A stretch of 64,000 bases of DNA from assembly GCA_977017575.1 (NCBI GenBank), contig CDRNVI010000156.1, forward strand, positions 62,001 through 126,000. Direction: 5' to 3'. This DNA is from Paramoeba atlantica (lineage: Eukaryota > Protista > Discosea). The notes below the pieces were generated by a model. That model did no database searches and was not told where the DNA came from. It saw only the letters and a program-made list of their open reading frames with translations. Numbering within the stretch: position 1 is the first letter of the stretch; each line of letters opens with the position of its first letter. This document shows, piece after piece, positions 1 through 14,082 of this stretch. The position numbers were made by a program, and so were the translations under genes.

Positions 1-321
1 TCTTGGAATTTATGCTTTTGCTAGTGGGAAGATGAAATAATAAATACAACATCTTCCTGTGGAGAAAAGCTGGACATCTGTTGCATCGGCTCATGCAAAC
101 AACACAGGAAAATATTTGTTGTGTTGTTCGTGATTCTTTGATGCGTTTTTGTTAGTTGTTGGTATTTGTTTGTTTATCAGAGAGAGAGAGAGAGAGGGAG
201 AAGAAAAGAGGGAGAAGAAAAGTAGGAAAATAAATAAGAATAATAAATAAATAAAAAAAAAAAGAGTCGTTAGTAGATTATGAACATTATATGAAGTTAT
301 TTAGTTTAAAATGAGTTTTTT

Positions 322-1551
<1,230 letters not shown>

Positions 1552-1945
1552 GGCGACGGAGGAGAGAGAAGGAAGAGAGGAAAAAGAAGAAAAAGAAAAA
1601 AAAGAGAAAAAGTTTTTTTTGAGTGCATTTCTCATACAAAAAAATCTTTTTCCCCAAGTGACGCTATTTCCTTTTTTGAACATTTAATAATTTCCTTTAT
1701 TTGGAAATTATCTTTATTTGGAAACAGTGAATGAAATGACGAAACGGGCAGAAAGAGTCGGTCTTTTTATCATTGTTTTTGGTTCTTTTCAAAGATGAAA
1801 ATAACCAATCTATTTTGGGGAGTGGTAGGAGAAAATATCAAAAACAACCGGTCTTCTTTCTTTTTGCTTTTGAAATTAACGTTCTGTTTGTCCCTTCAAA
1901 AAGAGAGAAGAAAATATCGAACTGGTGAAGGGGAAAAAAGAAGCT

Positions 1946-4900
1946 ATGGATGAGAGGTCTTTTATTCCTCCTCTCCACTTTTCTTCTGAGGGAGTGGAGG
2001 AGAAAGAAGACGAGAAGAAGGGAAAAGAAAAAAAGAAAAAATCCAAAGAGAAGAGGAAGAGTCCCTCCTGGTCAAAGTTGCTTTCTCCTCGAAAGAAGAA
2101 CTCTTCAAAAATTCGTCCAAGTCAGTCAGAAATCCAAGGCCATCATCGTGGTGAAGAGAAAAGTTTTTTCACCGACCCTTTTCACAAATCTTCTTCTTCT
2201 CGACCCCGATCCCCACACACACCCCGCCAGACAAGCAAAAAGAGTTTAAAAGAAGGAATTGAAGAAAGTACAAAATCAAAGACTCCTCGTGGAGTGTCTT
2301 CATCAAAAAAATCCTTGAAAGATAGGTTTCTTCCTTTTTTTTCCAAAAATAATTTTCTTTCTTCTGATTTCATCCATTCATTCTCACAATTTTTTTCTTT
2401 CAAAGCAAAATCACCAGAATACACAGAGATCCTCACCCAGATTTCATCAGCAAGGATAAACAGAACTATTCTCATTCATTAGATGATTTACTTCCACCAG
2501 ATAGATCTTCAATGATGATGATGGCAAATGAATGGAAACCTTCTGATTCTGATGAATTGGACGAAAGAACTGACGTTGTTGGGAATGGAGAACAGCCCCA
2601 AAAACTTGAAACAGCTGCAGAAAGAAAAGGAAGGACTCTTCAAGATCGAATTTCTACTTCTTCTCCTCTTCGACATCAAGCCTCTCCTCGGACATTAAGA
2701 CCCTCCTTTCCCATCGCCTCTGGATCTTTGTCTCTGTCTGATCAACTTCATCCGCAAGAAGAAGATCAACAACCCCCTGGTCTCTTACATGATCTTCCAA
2801 AATTAAAACGAAAAAGTCTTCCCCCTTTAAATGAGCCTCTTCGAGGTTCACAATCATCTCCTTTTACCTCAAGTGCAAATTCCTCGCCTCATGTTGACTC
2901 ACGTGCAACAAAAACTCCCTCTCCAACTCATTCCAAACTTTCTTCTCAGACATCAACCCTCTCTTGTCAGTCAAGTCGAACATCACCTTCTCTCTCTTCT
3001 CGATCAACACCCCAATCACCTCGATCACCTCGAACATCACCTCTTTCTTCACCACGATCACCTCGTCCAACTTCGACTCTTTTTAGAGAGATGAAAAGCC
3101 CTCGAGTTTTATTCAAGAAAATGATGGGAACTCCTGACCCAGCCCTTAGTGATTCATCAAAAAGTGATGTTGAAAATAGTACGCCACCCATTCCACAACG
3201 CGGACAATCAACCCTTTCTTTCTCTCCCCAGAGTTCTCGTCTTCCAGGAACAAATTCACGGAGTCCATCTCCCCCGTCTCCTCTTTCTTCTCCCCCTCCT
3301 GCTGTCGTATCACCAACTCCCTTTTTAGCTATGTCCCCAACAGCTTCTGGAAATTTGAGTCGATTCTTTAGGTTTGGATCAAGTATTGGAACAGCTCCAA
3401 GAAAGCAATCTTTTTCCTATGAAGAGAAAAGGTTTCAAGGTGATGAGTATGAGGAGATTGTTTGCTGTTTGACGAAAATGGATTCTGTTGAAAAGAAAGA
3501 TTTTTTTGTTGCGTTTGATATTTTTCAGATTGATAAGGTTGACCTGATTTTGTTCTATTTTTATTTACAACTTATACTTTTTTAAGACAATTCTACAAAA
3601 AATTGAATCTTTTTCTAAAATGACTTCCCAAAGGAAAAACTTCTTTCAAAGATGGAGATGATGATTCAACAAAGTGGAGATGGAACAAGAAGAACAAAAA
3701 AAGCCATTATTCGAATTGCCCAAACCTGGTGGGAGATGATGTACGTCCGGTATCGTGTTTCAGATCCTTCTTTTGCAAGGTTGTTTTTTCTCATATTTTT
3801 CTTTTTCTTTTCGTTTTTTCAATTTTTTTTCCTTTTTTTTTTTTTGATGAATGATATTTCCACAGCCAACTTGATAAGTTTTTGGATTCTTTAGAACCAA
3901 CTCTAACACACTATTTGGTTTTTTGATTTGTCTCCTTCGTTTTTTCTCTCTATTCCTTAAGAATTTCAATCGTTTAACAATATTGTTGTGTTCTTTCTTT
4001 TTTTATTTTTAGGTGTGGAGAGGGATGAATTTGATGAGGTGTGGGAGTAGTTCTCTTGTTGCACAATCGATGACAGCGATAATGTTTCGAGTTTTTCAAA
4101 ACCTTCAACCTTCAGAGTTTCATGAAGGAGCTTGGGAGGTAAAAATAATCTTCTTTTTGTTTTTTTTTTTCGTGGGGGTTGTTTTGAGAGTATTTTATTT
4201 TTGAAATAACCAACCCCTTTTTGAAATATTTTTAGAAAACCGACACCAAGTATTCGAATTCTCCAAACCTCATACTTCTTGCTGATTACTTCAATCGCCT
4301 TTCGTCAATGGTTGCTGAATCAATTCTTTTTTGTGAGGGGTCTCGTGGGAATGTTTTAACATACATGATCAAATTAGCCAAACGTTTTTTAAAGGTTGTT
4401 TTCTCTTTCCTTTCCTTTCCAACAATCAAAGAGGCGGACACCATTGATGTCCACCTTTTTTTTTGATTTTATTTCTGTTCTCTTCCCCCTGTTTTCTCCA
4501 TCTTAAGAACCTTTGTTTTTTTTAGTTGCACAATTTTGAAGGTCTAGCTGCTGTTATGAGTGGATTAAATCGGTCTTTTATTCGTCGAATAAAACCCCTT
4601 TGGGTCGACCTGAACCAAAAGGTTTAATTTAATAATTTAACTCTTTTCTTCCACTCCATCCTCCCCTCCTTTTCTCTTTCTCTTTCTTAACTTTTCCCTC
4701 CTCTCTCTCCTGTTCATTTTCTTCAACATTTCTTTTATTTTAAAAATATAGTATAAGCGAGCGTTTGAATTGATGGATGAGATATTATCACCTGAGTTGA
4801 ATTTTAAGGGATATCGGGCTGCTTTGCTTACGTCTGAACCTCCTGTACTTCCTTGGGTGGCCCCGAAGGTTTCTTATTTTTTTCTTTCTTTTCTTTTCTT

Positions 4901-5476
4901 TTCTTTTCTCTTTTCTCTCTCTTTTTCTCGAATTTCAATGAAAAAGGGCGATTTTTGTAGCTCAGAGACCTCAGATTTTTGTATGATGGAAATCAACTTA
5001 CTTTGAAGGATGGATCCATCAACTTATCCCATCTGATGGTTGGTTTTTCTTTTCTTTTACTTTTCCTTTTCTTTTGAAATTGATTTTCTTTTTTTTTTTT
5101 CATTTTTTTAGGCGATTGGGGCATCAATAAGCTCGTTTTTAGATTATCAGAAGATTGAATATGAAAATGTGACAACCGAACACACGTCTCTCCTCCGATA
5201 TTTGCGTTATCGTTCCCTTTCTGAAGAAGTTTGCTATCAGCAATCACTCAATCTTTTCCCTTTGAAGCAAACCTCCTTTTCTCGCGATGTTTTTTGCTCA
5301 TTCAAACTTCCCTTTTGTTTTGCCTCCTTCTTTTTTTCTAACAAATCTCTTCTGGCTTTCAGGGTTCTTTTGGAAAAGGGGCACCAACAACTGGGGAGAA
5401 ACCTCCACCAACAAGACCACCAAGAGAAAAGAGAGCAACAAGGGAGATTAAATCGGCAGAAATTCCTCCTGTGTGA
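1946..5476 (+). CDS. RasGEF family protein (Lys-rich and Ser/Pro-rich N-terminus, REM-like domain, CDC25 domain), multi-exon
   Basis: Exons encode FQGDEYEEIVCCLTKM..FFVAF..FQIDK, FQNLQPSEFHEGAWE, FNRLSSMVAESILFC, NFEGLAAVMSGLNRS.IRRIKPLW, LNFKGYRAAL..PVLPWVAPK, LRDLRFLYDGNQ and EVCYQQSLNLFP, which match CDC25 motifs. The 3' end (stop at 5474-5476) assumes a final intron starting near 5289. Confidence 0.85.
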
Positions 5477-5971
5477 TAATGTTGGAATACAGAAGAAATT
5501 CACGGGTTTCGTTTGTACAACACCCGATATGAGATGCTATTTAAATTATGATAAATTAATGATTCACAAAGAACACACCACCCAAAATTGGTTTTCACAC
5601 ACATGAAATAAGGACAAACATACGGAAACATTTGGAAGACGTCAAGGAAAAACCAAAAAACCAACACAACAAAAAGGAGGAAAAAAAGGAATTCCGAAAA
5701 ACACAAAAATGGAAAATTAGAACCTATTTTATGATTCCAAAAAAAGAAAGCACCGCTGGACCAAAAAAGTGTGACGGTTGGTTTTTTCACCCAGAATTTA
5801 TCACGATCGGTGTTTTTGATCCCTTTTTAAAAGGCGATTGAAACCAAAAGGTTTTTTTTTCTCTTGCTTGCGGCCCTCTTTTTGTAAAAAGTGCGAGAAA
5901 GAAATCAGTCAAGTCGGTTTTCCTTTCCAATTTTTTTTCTTTTGTTTTTTTTAATCGAACAATTTTTCAGG

Positions 5972-8900
5972 ATGAAGAAAGTTTCGATTACTGAGAAGAA
6001 AAACCAATCAGAACCCCGACAAACTCGGAAGAAGGCACTTCAGTTCAAACAACGAATAAAGAAAAAGAAAGATCTCCCTTCAAGTGAACCACTTCTTTTT
6101 TCGAAGCAAGATGACTCGAAGGTTTTTTTTTTGGAATTTTCCTCAGCTGTTTTTTTTTGTGAAGTTCTCTGGGATAGGATGCAATTGGTCCATGTATTCA
6201 AAAGAGTGGGTTTCTTGATCTTCTGATTGTGAGTGCTTCTGCTTCCTCCTCACATGCATTGACATGTGTGATTTCACAAGGAGATTGGGAGGGTTCTTCT
6301 TATTATAAATCTGAGACAGGGAAAAAATCAACATTTTGGGAGTGGAATGAGAGTTGTACCTTCGTAGTGAAAGACAGTCGACAACCATTTCACCTCCAAG
6401 TTTTTGTCTTTCAAACTGTTTTTTTCATTACAATTAAGTAATTTTTGTTTTTCAAGTTATTCTCTGAGAACTTTTTTCTTGGAAGTGTGGATCTTTTTTG
6501 TCACAGACTGGATCAGTTTCAGGAGTTCCGGGTTCCAATAAATTCTTCAGACGGTGGGTTCTGCACCTTCACTTTTCATGCCCAATATTGCACAAATCCC
6601 AAAGAAGGTAAGAGATATTTTATTTTTGGTTTTTTTCCTGGGTTTGGGGTTTTTCGGTATTGTCAGAGAGCGTTGTGGTCATTGCCAGAGATCGGATCCA
6701 CACCTTCGATTGCACACCTTCAATTGCACACGTCATCCGGTGTCCACGTCATCATCTCGATTTTTTTCCTTTTTTGTTTTTTGTTTTTCTTTTTTTGGTT
6801 GTCTCTCTGAACCGCTTTTTCTTTTTCTTTCTTTTTTCTTTTCTTTGGAAGGTTTTTTGTCTCATTTTGGGTTTCCCATTCTTCATTTTCCTCAAAGACT
6901 TAAGACTGGTGATCTTGTCTTCTTTTCGGAGAGTATTGATACCGAAAAATGGGATCATGTGGCTTTGGCTTATTGTCAAGGAGAAGAAGTTTTCTTGTTG
7001 GACTCGTTGAATGATTTTGGAGTTATTCTCAACCAAACAAAGTTTACTTTTTTTCTTTCTTTTTTTCTTTCTTTTTCACTTTTTTTTTTCCAAAGAAAAG
7101 TCCATTATTCAACTTTTTCTCTTAGACGATTGTGGGAAACAATCAAAGCTGGGGGAAGAATTGGTGTGCGACATCTCTTATTCGAGAAGGAAAATCTGAA
7201 AGAGACCGCTTTACGAAAGGCAACTGATTATGTCCAGTCGATCTTGGGGATGCCATTTAATTCTCCAGAACTTTCCAAGGAAATTTTCAAGATGAATTCT
7301 TCTTCTTCTTCTTCTTCTTCCTCTGACTCTGTTTCAAAGAAAGAGGAAGGATGGTTTTGTTCGCAAGTTGTAGCAGGTTTGAAAATAATCAATTGAAAAC
7401 AAAAATTTCATTTTTCTTTTTTGATCGATTCTCAAGAATAATTTTATGATTCTTAGGTCTTTATTTTCAAATGGGGATTCTTTGTTCACCAGAAGCTGTT
7501 GGAAGCTTTCATCCTGATGATTTTTCATCTTCAAATTTCCAATTGGAAGGAAGATATTATTCTTTGTCTTCGATTCATGTTTTCCTCCAACCAATACCCC
7601 AAGTTGAAATTATAAAAACAACAACAAACAGCTTCTTTGACGAAAAAGAAGACTCTTTTTTTGAATCAACTTTTGATTCTTCTGCTGACTCAACGAGTTC
7701 AGGAATCAGTTTCTCATCCTGTGAATCGCCTCCTTTAATCCTTTCTTCTTCAACCCCCACAACCTTCCAAATCTCTCCTCAATCCTGTTCTTCCATCTCC
7801 CCTCCATTCTCTCCTTCAATCTCTTCTCCCCTTTCTTCTCCCCTTGCTTCATCAATGAGCATCTCTTCACCATCATATCTTCTTGAAGAAAGTTGTTTTC
7901 GAAGGGATGAATATGGTCAAATAGTTGATGAATTAATTCAGATGTCTTCTTTGGAGAGGAAAAAGTTTTTTATTGGGTTTACTCTTTTTGGGATTGATCC
8001 GGTCTTTTTTTCTTTTTCTCTCTTTATTGAGAATTTATTTAGATTTTTCTTTTGTTCTTATCAATCAGTTTTTATGTAACAGGTTAAATTATTGGATAAA
8101 ATGAAAGAATTGGTTGGTTGTGAAGAAAATAAAACTCCAAAAGATGATTTCAAACTTGCAAAACAACACTTTCATAAAAGAGAAATTGTCAAAGTCGTCC
8201 AAATTTGGTGGGAAACAGTTGGAAATGACTATCGAACTTTAAATCCTCCTTTAGCTGAGTTCTTTTTTTTTCTTTTTCTTTTTCTTTTTTTTCAAAAGTT
8301 GATTTTTTTTTTGTTTTTTAGGGGAATTGAAAAGTTTTTGGACTTGTTCAACTCTGAATTACCTTCTTTGGTTTGTCTTTATTGTTAACTTTTTGACCAA
8401 TTGAAAATGCATTTTGAAAAGAATACTTTATGAATTAACTTTTATTTTCAGTCAAAGAAGAAAGAGGTGAATTTTGAGTTGTGTGGGAGAGCGGTAGCAG
8501 TGACACAGACATTAACTTTAATGATGTGGGGGACTTTTCAAAACATTCAAGCTTCAGAGTTTCTTGATGGAGCTTGGGAGGTTTTTATTTGTTTTAATTA
8601 TTTTATTTTTTTTTTTGGATCATTTCTAATTGTGTTTTTTCTTCCTTTTGTTTTAGAGAAGAGAACAATCACCACATTTAGCTGCCATGTCAGATACTTT
8701 CAATAGACTGTCTTCAATTATTGTTGAATCAATTCTTTTCAGTGCAGACCAATTTCGACATCGTGCGTTACAATATTCAATCAAACTGGCAAACCTCTTT
8801 TGGACGGTATTTGTCTCATTTCACTGAGAGAATTTTTCTTTCTTTCTTTTTATTAATCTTTTTTTTCGTTCTGAAGATGAAGAATTTTCAAGGATTGGCT

Positions 8901-9784
8901 GCAGTGGTCAGTGGTTTGAATCAATCTTCAATCACACGTTTGAAACCCCTTTGGGCTGATCTCAAAACCAAAGTTTGTTTTTCTTTTCATTTCTCCCAGA
9001 TATTTTCTCAAAAGAAGAAGAGGAAATCTTTTTTTTTTAAATTAACCATTTTACCATTAGTATCGAAAGAAGTTCCAGTTTTTTGACCAACTTTTGTCTC
9101 CGAATAAGAATTTCAAAAATTATCGAAAAATTTTGCAACTGACCGAACCTCCAATCCTCCCTTGGTTAAGTCCAAAGGTTTTTTTTTAATTTCTTTTTTT
9201 ACTTTTCTTTTGTTTTTTTAATTGTTTTTTTTTTTTAATTTTTTGGTTTTGGTGTTAGTTGAGGGAATTGCGATTTTTGTATGATGGTAATTCAACTACC
9301 AACGAATTTGGTTCTGTGAACCTCACACATTTGATGGTTTTTCTTTGATTTTCTTTTCTTTTCTTTTTCTCTTTCCCCTTCTCATTTTTTTTTCGTTTGG
9401 GATAGAATATTGGAGAGTCAATTCAATCCATTTTGGATTATCAAAAACAAGAATTTGTGTTTTTGTCTCCTTGTTGTTGTGATAAGTCATTACTTCTTCA
9501 TTTTCTCAATTCTCTATCCATCCCTGAGGTCTTTTTTTTGTTTCATTTTTTATTTATTTTGTGACGAAATACTGTTCGTTCGTTCGAAAAATACTCATGT
9601 TCTTCAATAATAGGAGACTTGTTATCAACAATCTCTTTTAATTGTCCCACAAGGTCAATTGCCAAAAATCAGGAGTTCATCAACCTTCGAGAAACTCTCG
9701 ACCTTCCCACCCGCCCATAAGAGCGCTCCCTTATTTACTAAAAGGAGCCCCCCTTCTTCCCCTCTAAAAAGAACGCCCCGTTAG
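5972..9784 (+). CDS. C2 domain + permuted papain-like (YiiX/YaeF, C92-type) domain + Ser-rich linker + RasGEF (REM-like, CDC25) fusion, copy 1
   Basis: C2: GFLDLLIVSA...STFWEWNESCTFVV...LFSENFFLGSVDL. C92-like: LKTGDLVFF...WDHVALAY...FCSQVVAGLYFQMGIL...FHPDDF. RasGEF: FRRDEYGQIVDEL, FNRLSSIIVESIL, NFQGLAAVVSGLNQSSITRLKPLW, LPWLSPK, LRELRFLYDGN. The exons join in frame through GT-AG introns. Confidence 0.82.
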
Positions 9785-10293
9785 CCCAATCCCGTCAAAC
9801 ATACATTAGAAAAATGATCCTTGATTATTGATTCTTGAGGTACTTTTTGAAAAAAATTCTCTCAATTTTTCGTTTTATCGGAAGAGAAGAAATTCACGGG
9901 TTTCGTTTGCACAACACCCGAGATGAGAGACTATTTAAATTATGATAAATTAATGATTCACAAAGAACACACCATCATAAAATCAAATCCATTCAACAAA
10001 GAAATGGACGTTTAAAAAAAAGGGGCCATTTTGCGTTCGTTCCAAAAAAAGAAAGCATTTGGACCAAAAAGTGTGACGGTTGATTTTTACCCCCGAAAAG
10101 AACCAGATTGGTTTTTTTGATCCCTTTTTTGAAAAAGAGATTGAAACCAAATTTCTTGGCGGTCGTATTTTGGGAAAAAGTGCGAGAAAGAAACCGGTCG
10201 AGTCGGTTTTGAAAAGTGCGAGGGAGAAATAAGTCAAGTCGGTTTTCACACAATTTTTTCTTTTGTTTTTTTTTAATCGAACAATTTTTCAGG

Positions 10294-13200
10294 ATGAAGA
10301 AAGTTTCGATTGCTGAGAAGAAAAACCAATCAGAACCCCGACAAACTCGGAAGAAGGCTCTTCAGTTCAAACAACGAAGAAAGAAAAAGAAAGATCTCCC
10401 TTCAAGTGAACCACCTCTTTTTTCGAAGCAAGATGACTTGAAGGTTTTTTTTTGGAATTTTCCTCAGCTGTTTTTTTTTTGTGAAACTCTCGGGGATAGG
10501 ATGCAATTGGTCCGTGTACTCAAAAGGGTGGGTTTCTTGATCTTCTGATTGTGAGTGCTTCTGCTTCCTCCTCACATGCATTGACATGTGTGATTTCACA
10601 AGGAGATTGGGAGGGTTCTTCTTATTATAAATCTGAGACAGGGAAAAAATCAACATTTTGGGAGTGGAATGAGAGTTGTACCTTCGTAGTGAAAGACAGT
10701 CGACAACCATTTCACCTACAAGTTTTTTGTCTTTCAAACTCTTTTCCTCGTTACAATGAATTAATTTTTTGTTTTTCAAGTTATTCTCTGAGAACTTTTT
10801 TCTTGGAAGTGTGGATCTTTTTTGTCGCAGACTGGATCAGTTTCAGGAGTTCCGGGTTCCAATAAATTCTTCAGACGGTGGGCTATGCACCTTCACTTTT
10901 CATGCCCAATATTGCACAAATCCCAAAGAAGGTAAGAGATTTATTTTTGGTTTTTATTCTGGGTTTGGGGTTTCGGTTTCGGAAGACCGCAGAGAGAGTT
11001 TCCCGTTGTCCCGGAATGTTCGACCGGATCCACGTCATCCGGTGTCCACGTCATCGATTTTTTTCCTTTTTCGTTTTTTTGTTTTTGTTTTTTGTTTTCC
11101 TTTGTTTTTCTTTTTTTTTGGTTGTCTCTCTGAACCGCTTTTTCTTTTTCTTTCTTTTTTCTTTTCTTTGGAAGGTTTTTTGTCTCATTTTGGGTTTCCC
11201 ATTCTTCATTTTCCTCAAAGACTTAAGACTGGTGATCTTATCTTCTTTTCGGAGAGTATTGATACCGAAAAATGGGATCATGTGGCTTTGGCTTATTGCC
11301 AAGGAGAAGAAGTTTTCTTGTTGGACTCGTTGAATGATTTTGGAGTTATTCTCAACCAAACAAAGTTTACTTTTTCTTTCTCACTTTTTTGACAAAGAAA
11401 ATAAGCTATTCAACTTTTTCTCTTAGACGATTGTGGGAGACAATCAAAGCTGGGGGAAGAATTGGTGTGCGTCATCTCTTATTCGAGAAGGAAAATCTGA
11501 AAGAGACCGCTTTACGAAAGGCAACTGATTATGTCCAATCGATCTTGGGGATGCCGTTTGATTCTCCAGAACTTTTCAAGGAAATTTTCAAGATGAATTC
11601 TTCTTCTTCTTCTTCTTCCTCTGACTCTGTTTCAAAGAAAGAGGGAGGATGGTTTTGTTCGCAAGTTGTAGCAGGTTTGAAAATAATCAATTGAAAACAA
11701 AAATTTCATTTTTCTTTTTTTTGATCGATTCTCAAGAATAATTTTATGATTCTTAGGTCTTTATTTTCAAATGGGGTTTCTTTGTTCACCAGAAGCTGTT
11801 GGAAGCTTTCATCCTGATGATTTTTCATCTTCAAATTTCCAATTGGAAGGAAGATATTATTCTTTGTCTTCGATTCGTGTTTTCCTCCAACCAATACCCC
11901 AACTGAAAATCGTAACGAGAACAAACAGCTTCTTTGACGAAAAAGAAGACTCTTTTTTTGAATCAACTTTTGATTCTTCTGCTGACTCAACGAGTTCAGG
12001 AATCAGTTTCTCATCCTGTGAATCGCCTCCTTTAATCCTTTCTTCTTCAACCCCCACAACCTTCCAAATCTCTCCTCAATCCTGTTCTTCCATCTCCCCT
12101 CCATTCTCTCCTTCAATCTCTTCTCCCCTTTCTTCTCCCCTTGCTTCATCAATGAGCATCTCTTCACCATCATATCTTCTTGAAGAAAGTTGTTTTCGAA
12201 GGGATGAATATGGTCAAATAGTTGATGAATTAATTCAGATGTCTTCTTTGGAGAGGAAAAAGTTTTTTATTGGGTTTACTCTTTTTGGGATTGATCCGGT
12301 CTTTTTTTCTTTTTCTCTCTTTATTGAGAATTTATTTAGATTTTTCTTTTGTTCTTATCAATCAGTTTTTATGTAACAGGTTAAATTATTGGATAAAATG
12401 AAAGAATTGGTTGGTTGTGAAGAAAATAAAACTCCAAAAGATGATTTCAAACTTGCAAAACAACACTTTCATAAAAGAGAAATTGTCAAAGTCGTCCAAA
12501 TTTGGTGGGAAACAGTTGGAAATGACTATCGAACTTTAAATCCTCCTTTAGCTGAGTTCTTTTTTTTTCTTTTTCTTTTTCTTTTTTTTCAAAAGTTGAT
12601 TTTTTTTTTGTTTTTTAGGGGAATTGAAAAGTTTTTGGACTTGTTCAACTCTGAATTACCTTCTTTGGTTTGTCTTTATTGTTAACTTTTTGACCAATTG
12701 AAAATGCATTTTGAAAAGAATACTTTATGAATTAACTTTTATTTTCAGTCAAAGAAGAAAGAGGTGAATTTTGAGTTGTGTGGGAGAGCGGTAGCAGTGA
12801 CACAGACATTAACTTTAATGATGTGGGGGACTTTTCAAAACATTCAAGCTTCAGAGTTTCTTGATGGAGCTTGGGAGGTTTTTATTTGTTTTAATTATTT
12901 TATTTTTTTTTTTGGATCATTTCTAATTGTGTTTTTTCTTCCTTTTGTTTTAGAGAAGAGAACAATCACCACATTTAGCTGCCATGTCAGATACTTTCAA
13001 TAGACTGTCTTCAATTATTGTTGAATCAATTCTTTTCAGTGCAGACCAATTTCGACATCGTGCGTTACAATATTCAATCAAACTGGCAAACCTCTTTTGG
13101 ACGGTATTTGTCTCATTTCACTGAGAGAATTTTTCTTTCTTTCTTTTTATTAATCTTTTTTTTCGTTCTGAAGATGAAGAATTTTCAAGGATTGGCTGCA

Positions 13201-14082
13201 GTGGTCAGTGGTTTGAATCAATCTTCAATCACACGTTTGAAACCCCTTTGGGCTGATCTCAAAACCAAAGTTTGTTTTTCTTTTCATTTCTTCCAAATGT
13301 TTTCTCAAAAGAAGAAGAGGAAATCTTTTTTTTTAAAATTAACCATTTTACCATTAGTATCGAAAGAAGTTCCAGTTTTTTGACCAACTTTTGTCTCCAA
13401 ATAAGAATTTCAAAAATTATCGAAAAATTTTGCAACTGACCGAACCTCCAATCCTCCCTTGGTTAAGTCCAAAGGTTTTTTTTTTAATTTCTTTTTTTCC
13501 TTTTCTTTTGTTTTTTTTTTTGATTTTTTGGTTTTGGTGTTAGTTGAGGGAATTGCGATTTTTGTATGATGGTAATTCAACCACCAACGAATTTGGTTTT
13601 GTGAACCTCACACATTTGATGGTTTTTTTTTGATTTTCTTTTCTTTTCTTTTTCTCTTTCCCTTCTCATTTTTTTTTCGTTTGGAATAGAATATTGGAGA
13701 GTCAATTCAATCCATTTTGGATTATCAAAAACAAGAATTTGTGTTTTTGTCTCCTTGTTGTTGTGATAAGTCATTACTTCTTCATTTTCTCAATTCTCTA
13801 TCCATCCCTGAGGTCTTTTTTTTTGTTTCATTTTTTATTTATTTTGTGACGAAATACTGTTTCGTTCGTTCGAAAAATACTCATGTTCTTTAATAATAGG
13901 AGACTTGTTATCAACAATCTCTTTTAATTGTCCCACAAGGTCAATTGCCAAAAACCAGGAGATCAGATTCCCAGAAACTCTTGACCCCTCCCTTCTTATC
14001 CACTAAAAGGAGCCCCCCTTCTTACCCTCTAAAAGGAACGCCCCCGTTAGCCCGTCCAGTCAAACAGACATTAGAAAAATGA
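10294..14082 (+). CDS. C2 + permuted papain-like (C92-type) + RasGEF fusion, copy 2 (tandem paralog)
   Basis: Near-identical to 5972-9784 (several ORF-track translations are identical, e.g. 8092 vs 12389 and 8467 vs 12764). Same motifs and intron positions; the C-terminus differs slightly (...GTPPLARPVKQTLEK*). Confidence 0.82.
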
